A stretch of 64,000 nucleotides of DNA, taken from positions 7,943 through 71,942 of the forward strand of contig CAXPTH010000023.1 of assembly GCA_964220215.1 (NCBI GenBank), read 5' to 3'. The notes below the pieces were generated by a model, which ran no database searches, was not told where the DNA came from, and saw only the letters and a program-made list of their open reading frames with translations. How positions within the stretch are numbered: the first letter of the stretch is position 1; each line of letters opens with the position of its first letter. Shown in pieces: positions 49,193 to 60,924 of the stretch. A program made the translations under genes and the position numbers. This DNA comes from Alteromonas sp. GTDB lineage: Bacteria > Margulisbacteria > Marinamargulisbacteria > UBA6595.

Positions 49193-49935
49193 GGTGTTTT
49201 CCTCGCTACAACATACAGGGATGGCGCAATTAAATACCGCCCCAACAGCCCCTGAACCCCCCGATCCAAACCGGCTAAAACCCGCGCACTCACCCGACGC
49301 TTCAGCCATGGATTTCGAAAAAACGAATGACTCACGCGATGCTCCATCGAAAAACCATGCTGCTGCATCACTGCAAACACATGCTCGGGCAAATAATTGT
49401 AAAACAATCGGCCCAAGGCCATGGGCGTCGTGTCATGCGGATTGTGCGCCATCCGCCCCAACCGAAACCGAAGCCGATTTAACCAATGTTTTTGATTGGG
49501 AATTTCAAGAATTAACACCCCCCCCGGTCGCAACACCCGATTTAACTCTGAAAATACCGCATCTAAATTGGGCGTATGATGCAATACCCGCATCATAATC
49601 ACCGCATCCATCTGGGGCCAATGCGTCGGCAACTCATACACACTGGCTTGCTGAAAAACCACCGAATCTGACTGGATCGCTTGCTGGGCTTGATCCAACA
49701 TGGATTGCGAATAATCCACCAAATAAAATTGGTTGGCACTGGCAGAATAGGCCGGAAATAACCGCCCAAACCCACACCCGACATCCAATAAGGTCTCGCC
49801 GGCTACATACCGCTGACAAAGCTGCTGAACCAAGTGATGCTCCACCTGGTGCTCATAGTCTCGACCGGTCCAAAACTCGGCTTGGTAATCGTACTGATCG
49901 TATTGGCAAACAGCGTCTGTATCCGAAACCGCCAT
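49186..49935 (-). CDS. Class I SAM-dependent methyltransferase
   Basis: LLDVGCGFGR, VDYSQSML, RVLRPGG. Confidence 0.88.
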   Translation of the reverse strand: MAVSDTDAVCQYDQYDYQAEFWTGRDYEHQVEHHLVQQLCQRYVAGETLLDVGCGFGRLFPAYSASANQFYLVDYSQSMLDQAQQAIQSDSVVFQQASVYELPTHWPQMDAVIMMRVLHHTPNLDAVFSELNRVLRPGGVLILEIPNQKHWLNRLRFRLGRMAHNPHDTTPMALGRLFYNYLPEHVFAVMQQHGFSMEHRVSHSFFRNPWLKRRVSARVLAGLDRGVQGLLGRYLIAPSLYVVARKTPC

Positions 49936-50843
49936 CAGACTAAGTCAGTGCCGAGGCCAGCATACCGATGGTACGTCTGGTACTCCGTTTTTAATTGTGC
50001 GGATGTCACGTCGGCTAGGCCTTGCGTCCCCAACCCTTGAACCGTGTTGGATGCCAACAACGTGCCATGAACCATCGCGCGACGAATGCCATCCAAATCC
50101 ACCGTATCCAATTGATCCAAAATGCCAACCAAACCACCCGCAAAGGTATCCCCCGCACCCGTTGGGTCTACCGCCGTCATAATGGGCACGGCGGGAACCA
50201 CGCAAAACTGCGTACCATCATAAAACAATGCGCCATGCTCCCCTTTCTTCACAATAATATGCCGCGGCCCATACGATAAGGCAATGGGCAAGGCGGCCAT
50301 AATGCTGCTGGCTCCTGTTAATTGCATGAGTTCCTGATCGTTAAGCACCACCAGGTCCACCAACGGCAACACGTCCAGCAACGCCTCTCGCTTGTGTTCA
50401 ATCCAGAAATTCATCGTATCCAACACAACACAACTCGGCGACTGGACCTGCTGAATGGCTTTTTTTTGCAATTCCGGATCCACATTGGCACAAAATACCG
50501 TTTTTGCCGACCGCCATGCGTCCGGAACCTGTGGGTTAAAGTCCACCAAAACATTTAAATCCGTTTGCCGCGTCATCGCTTGCGCCATATCCCCGGTATA
50601 GTAGCCACTCCAATGAAAGGTATCGCCATCGCCAACAGCAATACCAGTCGTATCAATATTGCGCGTGTGAAACGCCGCATACTGATTAAAATCATGCCCC
50701 ACAATACTGACCACGCCGACCGAACTAAACAACGCCGCCGCCATAGACGCATAGGTAGCCGAGCCCCCCAACAATCGATGCCCCTGACTGGTCGGGGTTT
50801 CTATCGTATCAAACGCTACTGTTCCAATAATTAATACACTCAT
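49935..50843 (-). CDS. PfkB-family sugar kinase
   Basis: LGGSATY, DTMNFWI, KKGEHGA, DPTGAGDTFAGG. Confidence 0.92.
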   Translation of the reverse strand: MSVLIIGTVAFDTIETPTSQGHRLLGGSATYASMAAALFSSVGVVSIVGHDFNQYAAFHTRNIDTTGIAVGDGDTFHWSGYYTGDMAQAMTRQTDLNVLVDFNPQVPDAWRSAKTVFCANVDPELQKKAIQQVQSPSCVVLDTMNFWIEHKREALLDVLPLVDLVVLNDQELMQLTGASSIMAALPIALSYGPRHIIVKKGEHGALFYDGTQFCVVPAVPIMTAVDPTGAGDTFAGGLVGILDQLDTVDLDGIRRAMVHGTLLASNTVQGLGTQGLADVTSAQLKTEYQTYHRYAGLGTDLV

Positions 50844-53539
50844 TGCACAACCTCCACAACATCCGCACACCGCGCACACACTTGATCCGACACCGTCGCA
50901 TCATACCGCCAACATCGATCGCATTTTTCATACTCAACCGGGGTCACCGAAACCTGGGGGTCTGGCATGGATTCATCCACAGTACAGGTAACCTCGGCGA
51001 CCAAAAGCACCGTCCGCCACTCGGTAAACGTCTGCAAATGGGCCAAGGACTCCGGCAAAACTACGGCCACGCGTGTTTGTAAAAATTGCTTAATGGTTTT
51101 GTTTTGACGCAACACTTCGGCTGCTTGATACACCCGTTCTTTAATGGCAAACACCGCCGCCCACGTTGTATCCGCTTCCTGCTTGGCCAATGCTGTTGAA
51201 TAGGTCCCGGATGCCAAAAATGACAGATCATGGACGCTCGTGGCTGTTTTGAACGCATAATGATGATAGGCATCCTCAGCGGTAAACACCAAAATCGGGG
51301 CGATCATGCGAATTAACAACTCAAACAAATACATCAAGGCAGATTGCGCGCATTGACGGGATTCAGATTGAGGCGCATCGCAATACAAACGATCTTTTAC
51401 ACTGTCTAAATAATGCGCACTGAGATCCCCCGAACAAAACTGAACAATCCGCTGAACGGCTCGGTGAATGGCCAACGAATCGTAATCCCGCACCACGGCA
51501 TCGTGTACCGTTTGCGCCTCGTGGACAATCCACCGATCCAACGGTGTCAGATCATCTACCGGCACACCCTCGCCAGAATATCCATGCAAATTACCCAGTA
51601 AAAACCGCACCGTATTGCGAATTTTTAAAAACGCCTGCTTGGCTTGATCCAACAACTGCGGCGACAATTGCACATCGTCTTTTACATCCACTGACGCCAC
51701 CCACCAACGCAAAATATCTGCCCCATAGGTTCGAATAATTTGATCGGGTTTGGTGGCATTGCCTTTGGACTTGCTCATTTTCTTGCCCTGCTCATCCACA
51801 ATAAACCCATGCGTCATAACCGCTTTAAAGGGCGGGGCTTGCCGAACCGCCAACGCCAACAACAATGCCGACTGAAACCAGCCCCGATGTTGGTCTGTCC
51901 CTTCAATCACCAAATCGGCGGGCTCAGCATCCAACATAAAGCTACTCCCCGATTCAAACCAGACATCTAAAATATCCATCACTTTATCAAACGCCTGCCC
52001 CCCACACGATGCACAGGTTGTATCATCGGGTAGGATCTGGGCCGCGGATTGCTCAAACCAAACGGTCGACCCATGGGTGCGAACAGCCGCCTGAATAGCG
52101 GCATTCACCTCGGGCGTTAGCACGGGTGCCTCACACGATTGGCACCGAACCACCGGAATGGGAATCCCCCACCGGCGCTGCCGGGAAATGCACCAATCGG
52201 GCCGTTGCTCAATCATCGCTTGAATGCGTGTTTGCCCCCACCCGGGCACCCATTGAATACGGGCCAAGGACTCCAGCGCCATGGCCCGCAAGGTTTTCCC
52301 ATTGGGCATGGGCGTGTCCATTGCAATGAACCATTGGGGAGTTGCCCGAAAAATAACGGGATTGTGACACCGCCAGCAGTGCGGGTATGCATGCTGAATC
52401 GTCGCCGAATGCACCAAGCGATGAGTGGCATTGAGGTGATCCCGAATTTGCGGTGACGCCTTGAACACAAACTGACCCGCCCAATCCCCCTGGGTTAAGC
52501 AGCCCGAATCATCCACAGGCATTACCACATCCCAGCCATAGCGCTGACCCACCTGATAGTCATCCACACCATGACCGGGTGCAATATGCACAATGCCAGT
52601 CCCATCACTGTCCGTAACAAAATCAGCCGACCCAATGGGCGCCGCCTGATCTAAAAATGGGTGTTGGGCCTCAACACCCACTAAGTCTCGGCCATACACC
52701 GTTGCCAGGCATTGACCCGATACCCCCAGTGTTTCGGATAAAGCGGCCCACCGCGTGTTTGCTACAACGGCCACTTCAGCGCCCAAGTCAAACACCCCGT
52801 ATTCCAAATCCGGATGCACGGCCAACCCCACATTGGCGGGCAAGGTCCACGGGGTTGTGGTCCAAACCCATAGGGATGCGGGCAAGGCTGTGTCAACACC
52901 GGGCAATTGGCTCACGGGAAATCGAACCGTTACGGACAGCGATTGATGGGTATCGTATTCAATTTCAGCTTCAGCCAAGGCCGTTTTGCATGTTGTGCAC
53001 CAATGAATGGGTTTGCGCCCATGATACACTAAGCCGGCCGCCACCAAATGCCCAAACACAGCCACGACATGGGCTTCATAATCGGGATTGGCCGTCAAAT
53101 ACGGACGGGACCACGCCGCATCGATGCCCAACCGCTGAAACCCCGTCCGCTGACGCTCCACATAATCCTGAGCAAAGGCCTGGCACTGATCGCGAAAGGC
53201 AACGGAATTGGTCGCATCCACCGATTGCTGTTTAATCACTTGCGTTTCAATGGGTAAGCCGTGGCAGTCCCATCCCGGTTGAAAATCAATGCGATGGCCC
53301 ATCATACGCCGAGACCGACACACCATGTCTTTCACCACTTTATTTAACGCATGCCCGGCATGAATGTCCCCATTGGGATACGGGGGTCCATCGTGCAAGC
53401 GATACCGCGGGGCATCGGATTTTTCTTGGGGCTGATCCGCCCATTGCGCCAACCACCGCGGTTCCATATCCGCTAAACCCGCACGTGCGGGAAAGTCCGT
53501 TTGGGGTAACTGAACGGTATCTTTTAACCGATCACTCAT
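50840..53539 (-). CDS. ileS: Isoleucine--tRNA ligase (type 1)
   Basis: [40 protein letters not shown]-terminal CDRCW zinc finger. Confidence 0.97.
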   Translation of the reverse strand: MSDRLKDTVQLPQTDFPARAGLADMEPRWLAQWADQPQEKSDAPRYRLHDGPPYPNGDIHAGHALNKVVKDMVCRSRRMMGHRIDFQPGWDCHGLPIETQVIKQQSVDATNSVAFRDQCQAFAQDYVERQRTGFQRLGIDAAWSRPYLTANPDYEAHVVAVFGHLVAAGLVYHGRKPIHWCTTCKTALAEAEIEYDTHQSLSVTVRFPVSQLPGVDTALPASLWVWTTTPWTLPANVGLAVHPDLEYGVFDLGAEVAVVANTRWAALSETLGVSGQCLATVYGRDLVGVEAQHPFLDQAAPIGSADFVTDSDGTGIVHIAPGHGVDDYQVGQRYGWDVVMPVDDSGCLTQGDWAGQFVFKASPQIRDHLNATHRLVHSATIQHAYPHCWRCHNPVIFRATPQWFIAMDTPMPNGKTLRAMALESLARIQWVPGWGQTRIQAMIEQRPDWCISRQRRWGIPIPVVRCQSCEAPVLTPEVNAAIQAAVRTHGSTVWFEQSAAQILPDDTTCASCGGQAFDKVMDILDVWFESGSSFMLDAEPADLVIEGTDQHRGWFQSALLLALAVRQAPPFKAVMTHGFIVDEQGKKMSKSKGNATKPDQIIRTYGADILRWWVASVDVKDDVQLSPQLLDQAKQAFLKIRNTVRFLLGNLHGYSGEGVPVDDLTPLDRWIVHEAQTVHDAVVRDYDSLAIHRAVQRIVQFCSGDLSAHYLDSVKDRLYCDAPQSESRQCAQSALMYLFELLIRMIAPILVFTAEDAYHHYAFKTATSVHDLSFLASGTYSTALAKQEADTTWAAVFAIKERVYQAAEVLRQNKTIKQFLQTRVAVVLPESLAHLQTFTEWRTVLLVAEVTCTVDESMPDPQVSVTPVEYEKCDRCWRYDATVSDQVCARCADVVEVVQ

Positions 53540-54666
53540 GAAGCCGCCAACTCATCGATCACCGATCGTTGAAAATCCGCCGCCGTATTATTGTCTAAAT
53601 AAGCCATGACATCCGCTTGCGTAATGGTCACCGATTCCACCGAGCCATCGGGTGCATGAAACATCGTATCCAACAACAGCGTTTCCACAATGGTCCGCAA
53701 GGCGCGCGCCCCCACTTTACGCTTCTTGGCAATTTTAGCAATTAACGCCAACGCCGCATCCTCAATCGTTAAGTGAATCCCGTCCATCCCCAACAACGCC
53801 GTGTATTGCTTAATAATGGCGTTTTTCGGCTGGGTTAAAATTTGAATAAATGCGGCTTCATCCAAATGCTGCAAGGGTGCAATCACCGGCAACCGACCAA
53901 TCAGCTCAGGAATAATCCCAAACTTTAATAAGTCTTCTTGTTGCACATGATCAAATAATGCGTATTCCGGAACCGTGTCCCCAGCCAAGTCCCCCGTTTT
54001 AAACCCGATCGATTGCTGATTGAGTCGGGCTTGAATAATGGATTCTAGGCCATGAAACGCCCCGCCCACAATAAATAAAATATTGGCCGTGTTCATCGTA
54101 AAAAACGCCTGCCCCGGATGCTTGCGCCCCCCGCGGGCCGGAATATTCACCAGGGTCCCTTCAAGCATTTTTAACAACGCCTGCTGAACCCCCTCTCCCG
54201 ATACATCTCGGGTAATGGATGTGTTTTCAGACTTGCGGGTAATTTTATCAATCTCATCAATGTAAATAATGCCTTTTTCGGCCAATTCAATAGACTCATC
54301 CGCTGTTTGATACAACCGAAACAAGACCGTTTCCACGTCTTCCCCAACATACCCCGATTCGGTTAGAGTCGTGGCATCCGCAATGGCAAACGGCACACCC
54401 AATAGCTTGGCCAATGATTGGGCAAACAGTGTTTTACCCGTCCCGGTAGGGCCCACCAGTAAAATATTGCTTTTTTGAATTTCCACATCGGACATGTGAT
54501 CCAGGGCCAATAAGCGCTTGTAATGGTTGTACACTGCAACGGCGATGACTTTTTTAGCATACGCCTGACCAATAATATACTGCTCAAAAAACGCATAAAT
54601 TTCCGAGGGCTTGGGTATCGGGATTGATACAGACTCGGGTGCGTGGTCGTCGTGATCCAAACTCAT
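53536..54666 (-). CDS. clpX: ATP-dependent Clp protease ATPase ClpX (no N-terminal zinc domain)
   Basis: [43 protein letters not shown] loop. Confidence 0.96.
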   Translation of the reverse strand: MSLDHDDHAPESVSIPIPKPSEIYAFFEQYIIGQAYAKKVIAVAVYNHYKRLLALDHMSDVEIQKSNILLVGPTGTGKTLFAQSLAKLLGVPFAIADATTLTESGYVGEDVETVLFRLYQTADESIELAEKGIIYIDEIDKITRKSENTSITRDVSGEGVQQALLKMLEGTLVNIPARGGRKHPGQAFFTMNTANILFIVGGAFHGLESIIQARLNQQSIGFKTGDLAGDTVPEYALFDHVQQEDLLKFGIIPELIGRLPVIAPLQHLDEAAFIQILTQPKNAIIKQYTALLGMDGIHLTIEDAALALIAKIAKKRKVGARALRTIVETLLLDTMFHAPDGSVESVTITQADVMAYLDNNTAADFQRSVIDELAAS

Positions 54667-54673
54667 ACCCCCT

Positions 54674-55258
54674 CTATTTTTTTGTAATAATTTCGTCGAT
54701 AATTCCGTATTTTAAGGCTTCATCGGCAGTCATAAAATAATCCCGTTCGGTATCCGCTTGAATTTTTTCCAACGGTTGCCCGGTATGATGCACCAAAATA
54801 TCATTTAATCGCTTTTTAATGCGTAAAATTTCATTGGCCTGAATTTCAATATCCGTGGCCTGGCCTTGCGCCCCGCCTAACGGCTGATGAATCATAATTC
54901 GCGCATTGGGCAACGCATAGCGTTTACCCGCCTCTCCGGCACACAACAACAACGCCCCCATCGACGCTGCTTGGCCAATACAGATTGTCGAAACTGGCGA
55001 TTTAATGTACTGCATGGTGTCGTAAATGGCCATCCCTGACGTCACCACACCGCCCGGACTGTTAACATACATAAAAATTTCTTTTTCACTATTTTCAGCT
55101 TCCAAAAACAACAACTGCGCAATAACCGTACTCGCCATGCTGTCCGATACCCCATCCGCTAAAAATACAATCCGCTCTTTTAACAAGCGTGAGTAAATAT
55201 CGTACGATCGCTCACCGCGTCCAGTTTGCTCAATAACCATTGGGATTAATGTTGACAT
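54674..55258 (-). CDS. clpP: Clp protease proteolytic subunit
   Basis: [28 protein letters not shown]. Confidence 0.98.
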   Translation of the reverse strand: MSTLIPMVIEQTGRGERSYDIYSRLLKERIVFLADGVSDSMASTVIAQLLFLEAENSEKEIFMYVNSPGGVVTSGMAIYDTMQYIKSPVSTICIGQAASMGALLLCAGEAGKRYALPNARIMIHQPLGGAQGQATDIEIQANEILRIKKRLNDILVHHTGQPLEKIQADTERDYFMTADEALKYGIIDEIITKK

Positions 55259-55272
55259 GGGGGTCTCCTTGT

Positions 55273-56565
55273 TTATTTCCATTTCGTCTCAGATACTAAA
55301 AAGTCCAGTGTTTTGCGGCTAATCACATCCGCTCGAAACAATCCCTCGTCAATATTATGCTGTCGGCATGTTGCCAAGTCTGGGAACTGCGGAACATTTA
55401 AGCTTTGGATGTACGCATCCAAATCCGCATCATCGGCCACAATAGTCTCGGCATCGGCAACGGCCTTAATGACCAAGCGCTCTTTAACTGATTTTTCAGC
55501 ATCGGGCCGAAAATTCTCTTTGATATGCGCCTCTGTTGTTTGCTGAAATTGGCAATACTGATCCAAACTCAACCCTTGACGTTGAACCATGGATGAAAAT
55601 TGACGAAATTGCTGCTCAACTTCTTGCTCAATCATCACTGCGGGCACATCAATCGTTAACGACTCGACAATCGCGGTAATGACCGTCGCACGATCAGTTG
55701 AAACAGCAGCCGCTTCTCGCTCTTTTTGCAATTTTTCACGCATTGCTGCGTAATACAAATCAACGGATTTGTGTTCGCTAATACTGGCCACCCACTCATC
55801 CGTCAACTCTGGCTCAGCCCACGATTGAATTTGGGTGATTTTAACCTGAAACTCAACCGTCTTCCCCTGAACATCTGGGTTATTAAATTCATCAGAATAG
55901 GCCACAGAAAACGTTTTTTCAGCATCCAGCGTTAAACCTTCTAACTCAGCATCAAACTCTGGACCGTAGGGTCCTTTACCAATAATGGTACCGGATGTTT
56001 CTCGCGTCCACAGATCATAGGCCGTGCCATCGCATGTGGCAACCATACTAAACCGAACCATGTCCCCAGACCCGATCTCCTGAGTATCTCCTTCGGCCAC
56101 CGGCTCAAATTTTCCATGCCGTTTTCGCTCATCGGCAATGTAGGCTTCTACATCTGAATCGCTCACGGATACATCCGCTTTTTCCAGCTTTAGTCCCTTG
56201 TATTTTCCCAGTTTAATCGTAGGCTGAACCGTCAACTCACAGGAAAACTGAATGGGTTTTTCCAAATCATAGGGCTCGATATTGACGTTGTTGGGGTTGT
56301 CCACAACTTTCAAATCCAACGCTTTAATGGCCGATTGATACGCCGCTTCAATCGCTTCGATCACGGCCTCCTTCATAATCGGCTCTTGACCATAATTGCG
56401 TTCAAACACCGCGCGCGGCACTTTACCCTTTCGAAATCCATTGACTTTGGCTGTTTTTGCAACCCGTGGGTACACAACATCCATAAGATCCACAGCCGCT
56501 TGAATGTCTTCCTCAACGGATAAAAAAACAGTATTTCCCTCTCGATCTGATTTTACAATTTTCAT
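55273..56565 (-). CDS. tig: Trigger factor
   Basis: [12 protein letters not shown]-like middle domain, synteny with clpP. Confidence 0.93.
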   Translation of the reverse strand: MKIVKSDREGNTVFLSVEEDIQAAVDLMDVVYPRVAKTAKVNGFRKGKVPRAVFERNYGQEPIMKEAVIEAIEAAYQSAIKALDLKVVDNPNNVNIEPYDLEKPIQFSCELTVQPTIKLGKYKGLKLEKADVSVSDSDVEAYIADERKRHGKFEPVAEGDTQEIGSGDMVRFSMVATCDGTAYDLWTRETSGTIIGKGPYGPEFDAELEGLTLDAEKTFSVAYSDEFNNPDVQGKTVEFQVKITQIQSWAEPELTDEWVASISEHKSVDLYYAAMREKLQKEREAAAVSTDRATVITAIVESLTIDVPAVMIEQEVEQQFRQFSSMVQRQGLSLDQYCQFQQTTEAHIKENFRPDAEKSVKERLVIKAVADAETIVADDADLDAYIQSLNVPQFPDLATCRQHNIDEGLFRADVISRKTLDFLVSETKWK

Positions 56566-56614
56566 TGTTGTTGCCTACCTATTTGTTATCGTTAATACTT
56601 ATAATCACCTTTAA

Positions 56615-56643
56615 ATTGTCCCGAATATTGAGGGCGGTGTCAA
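56615..56643 (-). promoter_or_regulatory. Sigma70 promoter TTGACA-N17-GACAAT for the tig operon
   Basis: Consensus -35 with a 17-nt spacer, 50 nt upstream of tig. Confidence 0.6.
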
Positions 56644-56653
56644 GCCAACACGC

Positions 56654-57718
56654 TTAAATTTGCTCACGCAGTGTATCCACCAGACGAATCAAATAGCGGA
56701 CATTGTGAATACTCAGCAACGTCGCTGCCGACAATTCCCGGGCTTGAATTAGATGCCGCAAGTATGCCCGTGAAAATCGCAGGCAGGTGTAGCAATCACA
56801 ACCCGGCTGAATCGGCTCTGGGTCCAACTTAAACGTGGCCTGCTTCAACGACACCCGCTGATGCCCATCCATAAACACTTGCCCATGACGCGCCAAGCGT
56901 GTGGGTAGTACACAATCAAACATATCCGCCCCGGCTCGGATCGCCACTTCCAAATTTTCGGGCAACCCAATGCCCATAATATAGCGTGGTTTATCGGGCG
57001 GCAGTTGGGGCGTGACTGTTTCAATAATGCGATGCATGTCTGCCATGGGCTCCCCCACGCTCACCCCCCCAATGGCAAATCCAGAAAATGGGTACTGGGT
57101 CAGCGCCGCCACACTGGCTTGCCGCAAATCATCAAACATGCCCCCTTGAACCAACCCAAATAACAATTGGTCTGTGCCCAACGACTGCCAATAATCAACC
57201 GCCTCCGCCTCCCACCGATGCGTTATGGCCATATCCGCGTCTGTCTGTCTGTGGCTGGCCCCATATGGCGTGCAAATATCCAAGGGCATCATGATATCGC
57301 TGCCCAATCGAACCTGATGATCAATGACATTTTTGGGCGTAAACCGATGCTTGGACCCATCCAAATGGGACTTAAACACCACCCCTTCAGAATCAATAGC
57401 CCGCTGCGATTGCAATGAAAAAACCTGATACCCGCCGGAGTCCGTTAAAATGGGACGGTCCCAGTGCATAAATGAATGCAAGCCACCCGCCGCTTGAATC
57501 AGCTCGGATCCAGGCCGCAAGGCCAAATGATACGTGTTTGACAAAATAATTTGAGCCCCCAGGTCCGTTAACTGGTCCGGCAATACCCCTTTAACCGCCG
57601 CTTGCGTCCCCACCGGCATGAACACGGGTGTATCAATATAGCCATGGGGCGTCCACAATCGCCCCCGCCGTGCGTTGGAGTTGGTGGCTGTCTTTAAAAT
57701 TGAAAACCCACGATGCAT
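56654..57718 (-). CDS. tgt: Queuine tRNA-ribosyltransferase
   Basis: TPVFMPVGT, NTYHL, LTDSGGYQVFS, DMFDCV.PTR, CDCYTC. Confidence 0.97.
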   Translation of the reverse strand: MHRGFSILKTATNSNARRGRLWTPHGYIDTPVFMPVGTQAAVKGVLPDQLTDLGAQIILSNTYHLALRPGSELIQAAGGLHSFMHWDRPILTDSGGYQVFSLQSQRAIDSEGVVFKSHLDGSKHRFTPKNVIDHQVRLGSDIMMPLDICTPYGASHRQTDADMAITHRWEAEAVDYWQSLGTDQLLFGLVQGGMFDDLRQASVAALTQYPFSGFAIGGVSVGEPMADMHRIIETVTPQLPPDKPRYIMGIGLPENLEVAIRAGADMFDCVLPTRLARHGQVFMDGHQRVSLKQATFKLDPEPIQPGCDCYTCLRFSRAYLRHLIQARELSAATLLSIHNVRYLIRLVDTLREQI

Positions 57719-57744
57719 ACGATCTATGGTACTATATTATACAT

Positions 57745-59199
57745 TTGAAAGAAAAAACATATTGGGATTTATCATCGCATCAATCAACACCGGGGGGATC
57801 TTGGGATCCCAACTGGCAGCGCATCCATTTAGTCGGGATTGGTGGGGTGGGCATGAGTGGCCTGGCCCGGCTGTATCATCAGCGCGGATTTGTGGTAACC
57901 GGCTCTGATTTAAATCGAAACACCTATACCGAAACGCTCGAATCCTTGGGCATCACCATTTTTACGGGCCACCACAGCCGCCATAGCGAAGGCGCCGACT
58001 GTGTGGTGGTCTCATCGGCCGTTCACGCCGACAACCCCGAACTGATTGCGGCCCGAACGGCCGGATGCCCCATTATTAAACGCGGGGATGCCTTAGCCCA
58101 TATTATGAGCCATTATCCCCATCGGTGGGTGGTTGCTGGGACTCACGGAAAAACCACAACGGCCACGCTATGGGCACATGCCCTGCGTCAAGTGGGGCTA
58201 TCCCCCAGTTATGCTATTGGGGCAACCGCTTTAAATATGGGCGCCAACGCCCAGCATTGCAGCGATACCCATTTTGTGGCCGAGTCCGATGAAAGCGACG
58301 GGTCGTTTTTAAGCTTGGCCCCTACCGTTGCCATTGTTACCAATATTGAACACGAACATGTTGATTTTTACCCCAATGTATCGGAATTAATTGCCAGTTT
58401 TCAAACATTCATTACCAACACACTCGCCCAGGGTGGCTGTGTCATTGCCAATGCCGATGACCCCATTCTCGTCCAAGCCCTTCCGAAAAATCGGGACGGC
58501 ATTATAACCTATGGCACACAGCCCACCGCCACTGTATATGCCTCTGATTGCCACATGACAGCAACCGGCTGCCGCTACACGTTAAATACCCCCGATCACA
58601 CATTGGTTGACATTGAGTTGCCCATGCTTGGCGAGCACAACCTGTCCAATAGTTTAGGGGTAGCCGCTGCCTTATACCACGCCAATTTACTCAATACAAC
58701 CGCCTTGTTTACCAACTTTCAAGGGGCTTCACGCCGGTTTGAACCCATTGGCACCCACAACGGAATTCGCGTTATTGATGACTATGCCCACCACCCAACT
58801 GAAATTAAAGCAGTGCTGGCTAGTATGAAAGCGCTGAATGCTAATCGTATTGTTTGCATTTTTCAACCCCATCGGTTATCTCGGGTTGCTGCCTTGGTAA
58901 CCGATTTTTCAAACTGCTTTAACGATGCCGATTGGCTAATTGTAACGCCCATTTATACCGCCAACGAAACACTCAACAACCCCGATGCCCTTCGGCAAGA
59001 ATTGCTTATTAATATTCAGCGACATTCCACGGCTACCGTACAATACGAATCCGATATTGACGCCTTAGCCGACAAGCTGGCCCCAGCGTTGCAGCCTGGG
59101 GATGTTGTGATTACGATGGGTGCGGGCACAATTTCAACGGTTGCCCATGCCCTATCCGACGCATTAACCCGTGATGCCTGTGTTGTTCAAAACGTTTGA
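57745..59199 (+). CDS. murC: UDP-N-acetylmuramate--L-alanine ligase
   Basis: GIGGVGMSGLA, GTHGKTTT, ESDESDGSF, DDYAHHPTE, FQPHR; start uncertain. Confidence 0.95.
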   Translation: MKEKTYWDLSSHQSTPGGSWDPNWQRIHLVGIGGVGMSGLARLYHQRGFVVTGSDLNRNTYTETLESLGITIFTGHHSRHSEGADCVVVSSAVHADNPELIAARTAGCPIIKRGDALAHIMSHYPHRWVVAGTHGKTTTATLWAHALRQVGLSPSYAIGATALNMGANAQHCSDTHFVAESDESDGSFLSLAPTVAIVTNIEHEHVDFYPNVSELIASFQTFITNTLAQGGCVIANADDPILVQALPKNRDGIITYGTQPTATVYASDCHMTATGCRYTLNTPDHTLVDIELPMLGEHNLSNSLGVAAALYHANLLNTTALFTNFQGASRRFEPIGTHNGIRVIDDYAHHPTEIKAVLASMKALNANRIVCIFQPHRLSRVAALVTDFSNCFNDADWLIVTPIYTANETLNNPDALRQELLINIQRHSTATVQYESDIDALADKLAPALQPGDVVITMGAGTISTVAHALSDALTRDACVVQNV

Positions 59200-60031
59200 G
59201 TCTAGCTATCCCATTGCCCGTTTGACCAGCATTCAATCCACTGGCCTGGCTCCGTTGTATGTGGAATGCCCAACGGCTGAGGCCTTGATTCAAGCGCGAC
59301 ACACCTACCCCAAGCACTATCTGATTGGCGGCGGCTCCAACACGATTTTAGACCCCGATAACCCAACGCCCATCGTCCGGTTCACAGACGCCACCATAAA
59401 TCAAATCCATCATAATCGCGTGTATATGACGGCTGGAACCCCCATTGCAAAAGCGTTGCGGCAATGTAGCGACTGGGGACTCTCTGGACTCGAATTAGCG
59501 GCCGGGGTTCCCGCCTATATTGGGGGCATGATTGCGATGAATTTTGGCTGTTGGGGACAAACAGTTGCCCAATGGATTCACCGCGTTCATTACATTGATG
59601 CCAACAACCAACTCGCCTGGCGCTCGGTGGATTCCTGCGAATTTGGGTATCGATCCAGCTGGTTTAAAGAAAACCAAATGCCCATTGTAGGCGCTGAATT
59701 TGACCTAACACCCACCGATACCAGTCGCATTCGAACCGCCATTGCCGATGCCATCGCACGCCGCCAAACCGCCCAGCCGTTGCGCGACAAAACCTACGGC
59801 AGCATGTTTTTAAACCCACCGGATGCATCCGCCGCTCAGCTGATTGACGATAGCCAACTCAAAGGGTATCAAATTGGGGGAGCCAAGGTATCCTGCAAAC
59901 ATGCCAATTTTATGGTCAATATTGGACACGCCTCCTTTCATGATATTCAATCCCTGCTCCACGTAATCCAAGACCGCGTATACACCCGAACCCAGATCAC
60001 ACTCAACCCGGAGGTTTGCCAAGCCCTATGA
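59171..60031 (+). CDS. murB: UDP-N-acetylenolpyruvoylglucosamine reductase
   Basis: GGGSN, GLE..AGVP..GG...MN.G, FGYRSS, GSMFLNP, KHANF. Confidence 0.93.
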   Translation: MMPVLFKTFESSYPIARLTSIQSTGLAPLYVECPTAEALIQARHTYPKHYLIGGGSNTILDPDNPTPIVRFTDATINQIHHNRVYMTAGTPIAKALRQCSDWGLSGLELAAGVPAYIGGMIAMNFGCWGQTVAQWIHRVHYIDANNQLAWRSVDSCEFGYRSSWFKENQMPIVGAEFDLTPTDTSRIRTAIADAIARRQTAQPLRDKTYGSMFLNPPDASAAQLIDDSQLKGYQIGGAKVSCKHANFMVNIGHASFHDIQSLLHVIQDRVYTRTQITLNPEVCQAL

Positions 60032-60924
60032 GCACGGATCAGTACGGGCATATCGGGGTTATTTGTGGTGGAACCTCCCACGAAGCCGACATATCCAAGC
60101 GATCGGGCCAGGGGGTTCTCGACGCCCTGCATCGACTGGGGTATTCGGCCAGCATCATCGACCCGGTCAACCATCACGCCTTGTTGGACTGCGACACCGC
60201 CTTCATTGCGTTACACGGTCCCGGTGGTGAAGACGGAACCATTCAAGGCTTTTTTGAAACAATTGGCACCCCCTATACAGGCTCTCGAACCCGCGCCTGT
60301 GCCGTCACCATGAACAAACGTGTCACCAACACCCTGCTGCGTCAGGCGAACTTGCCATGCCCCACAGCCTTACGCATTGAAGACACACCATCCGGACCGG
60401 TTGTCATTAAACCCGAATCGGAAGGCTCTAGCTTTGGGGTCTATATTGTGGATCAGGCCACCGACATCCCCGACATTTATCACCGGGTCTTAGCCGAATT
60501 TGGATCCGCCATGATTGAGCCCTATATTCCTGGCACGGAAATAACCGTCAGCTTATTGGAAAAAAATGGCCACTTTATTCCATTGCCCATTTTAGAACTT
60601 CAACCCGTTCAGCACCGATTTTATAACTATGAAGCCAAATACACCGCCGGTGCTACTCAGTTTATTTTGCCCGCCAACCTGCCTGAACGTGTCACCCATC
60701 AATGCCAAGCCATTGCCCAAACCGCCTTCACAACCCTGGGCTGCCGGGGCTTTGCTCGTGTGGATATGCGGGTAACACCCGACAACACCCCCTATATTTT
60801 GGAAGTGAATAGCATTCCGGGATTAACCGAATTGTCCGATCTGCCAGCACAAGCCAAGCATGCCGGCATTGACTATGATGAATTAATTCACATCATGCTA
60901 CAATCGGCACACGTCACGCCATGA
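60028..60924 (+). CDS. ddl: D-alanine--D-alanine ligase
   Basis: GGTSHE, LHGPGGEDG, EGSSFG, FYNYEAKY, RVD, EVNSIPG. Confidence 0.95.
   Translation: MSTDQYGHIGVICGGTSHEADISKRSGQGVLDALHRLGYSASIIDPVNHHALLDCDTAFIALHGPGGEDGTIQGFFETIGTPYTGSRTRACAVTMNKRVTNTLLRQANLPCPTALRIEDTPSGPVVIKPESEGSSFGVYIVDQATDIPDIYHRVLAEFGSAMIEPYIPGTEITVSLLEKNGHFIPLPILELQPVQHRFYNYEAKYTAGATQFILPANLPERVTHQCQAIAQTAFTTLGCRGFARVDMRVTPDNTPYILEVNSIPGLTELSDLPAQAKHAGIDYDELIHIMLQSAHVTP

Noticed and set aside
49193-49309. N-terminal extensions predicted by the ORF track for pcrA (also murC, serA, rplX, map, pfkB)
   Set aside because: They overlap upstream genes, and downstream starts with an RBS or stop-start coupling fit better.
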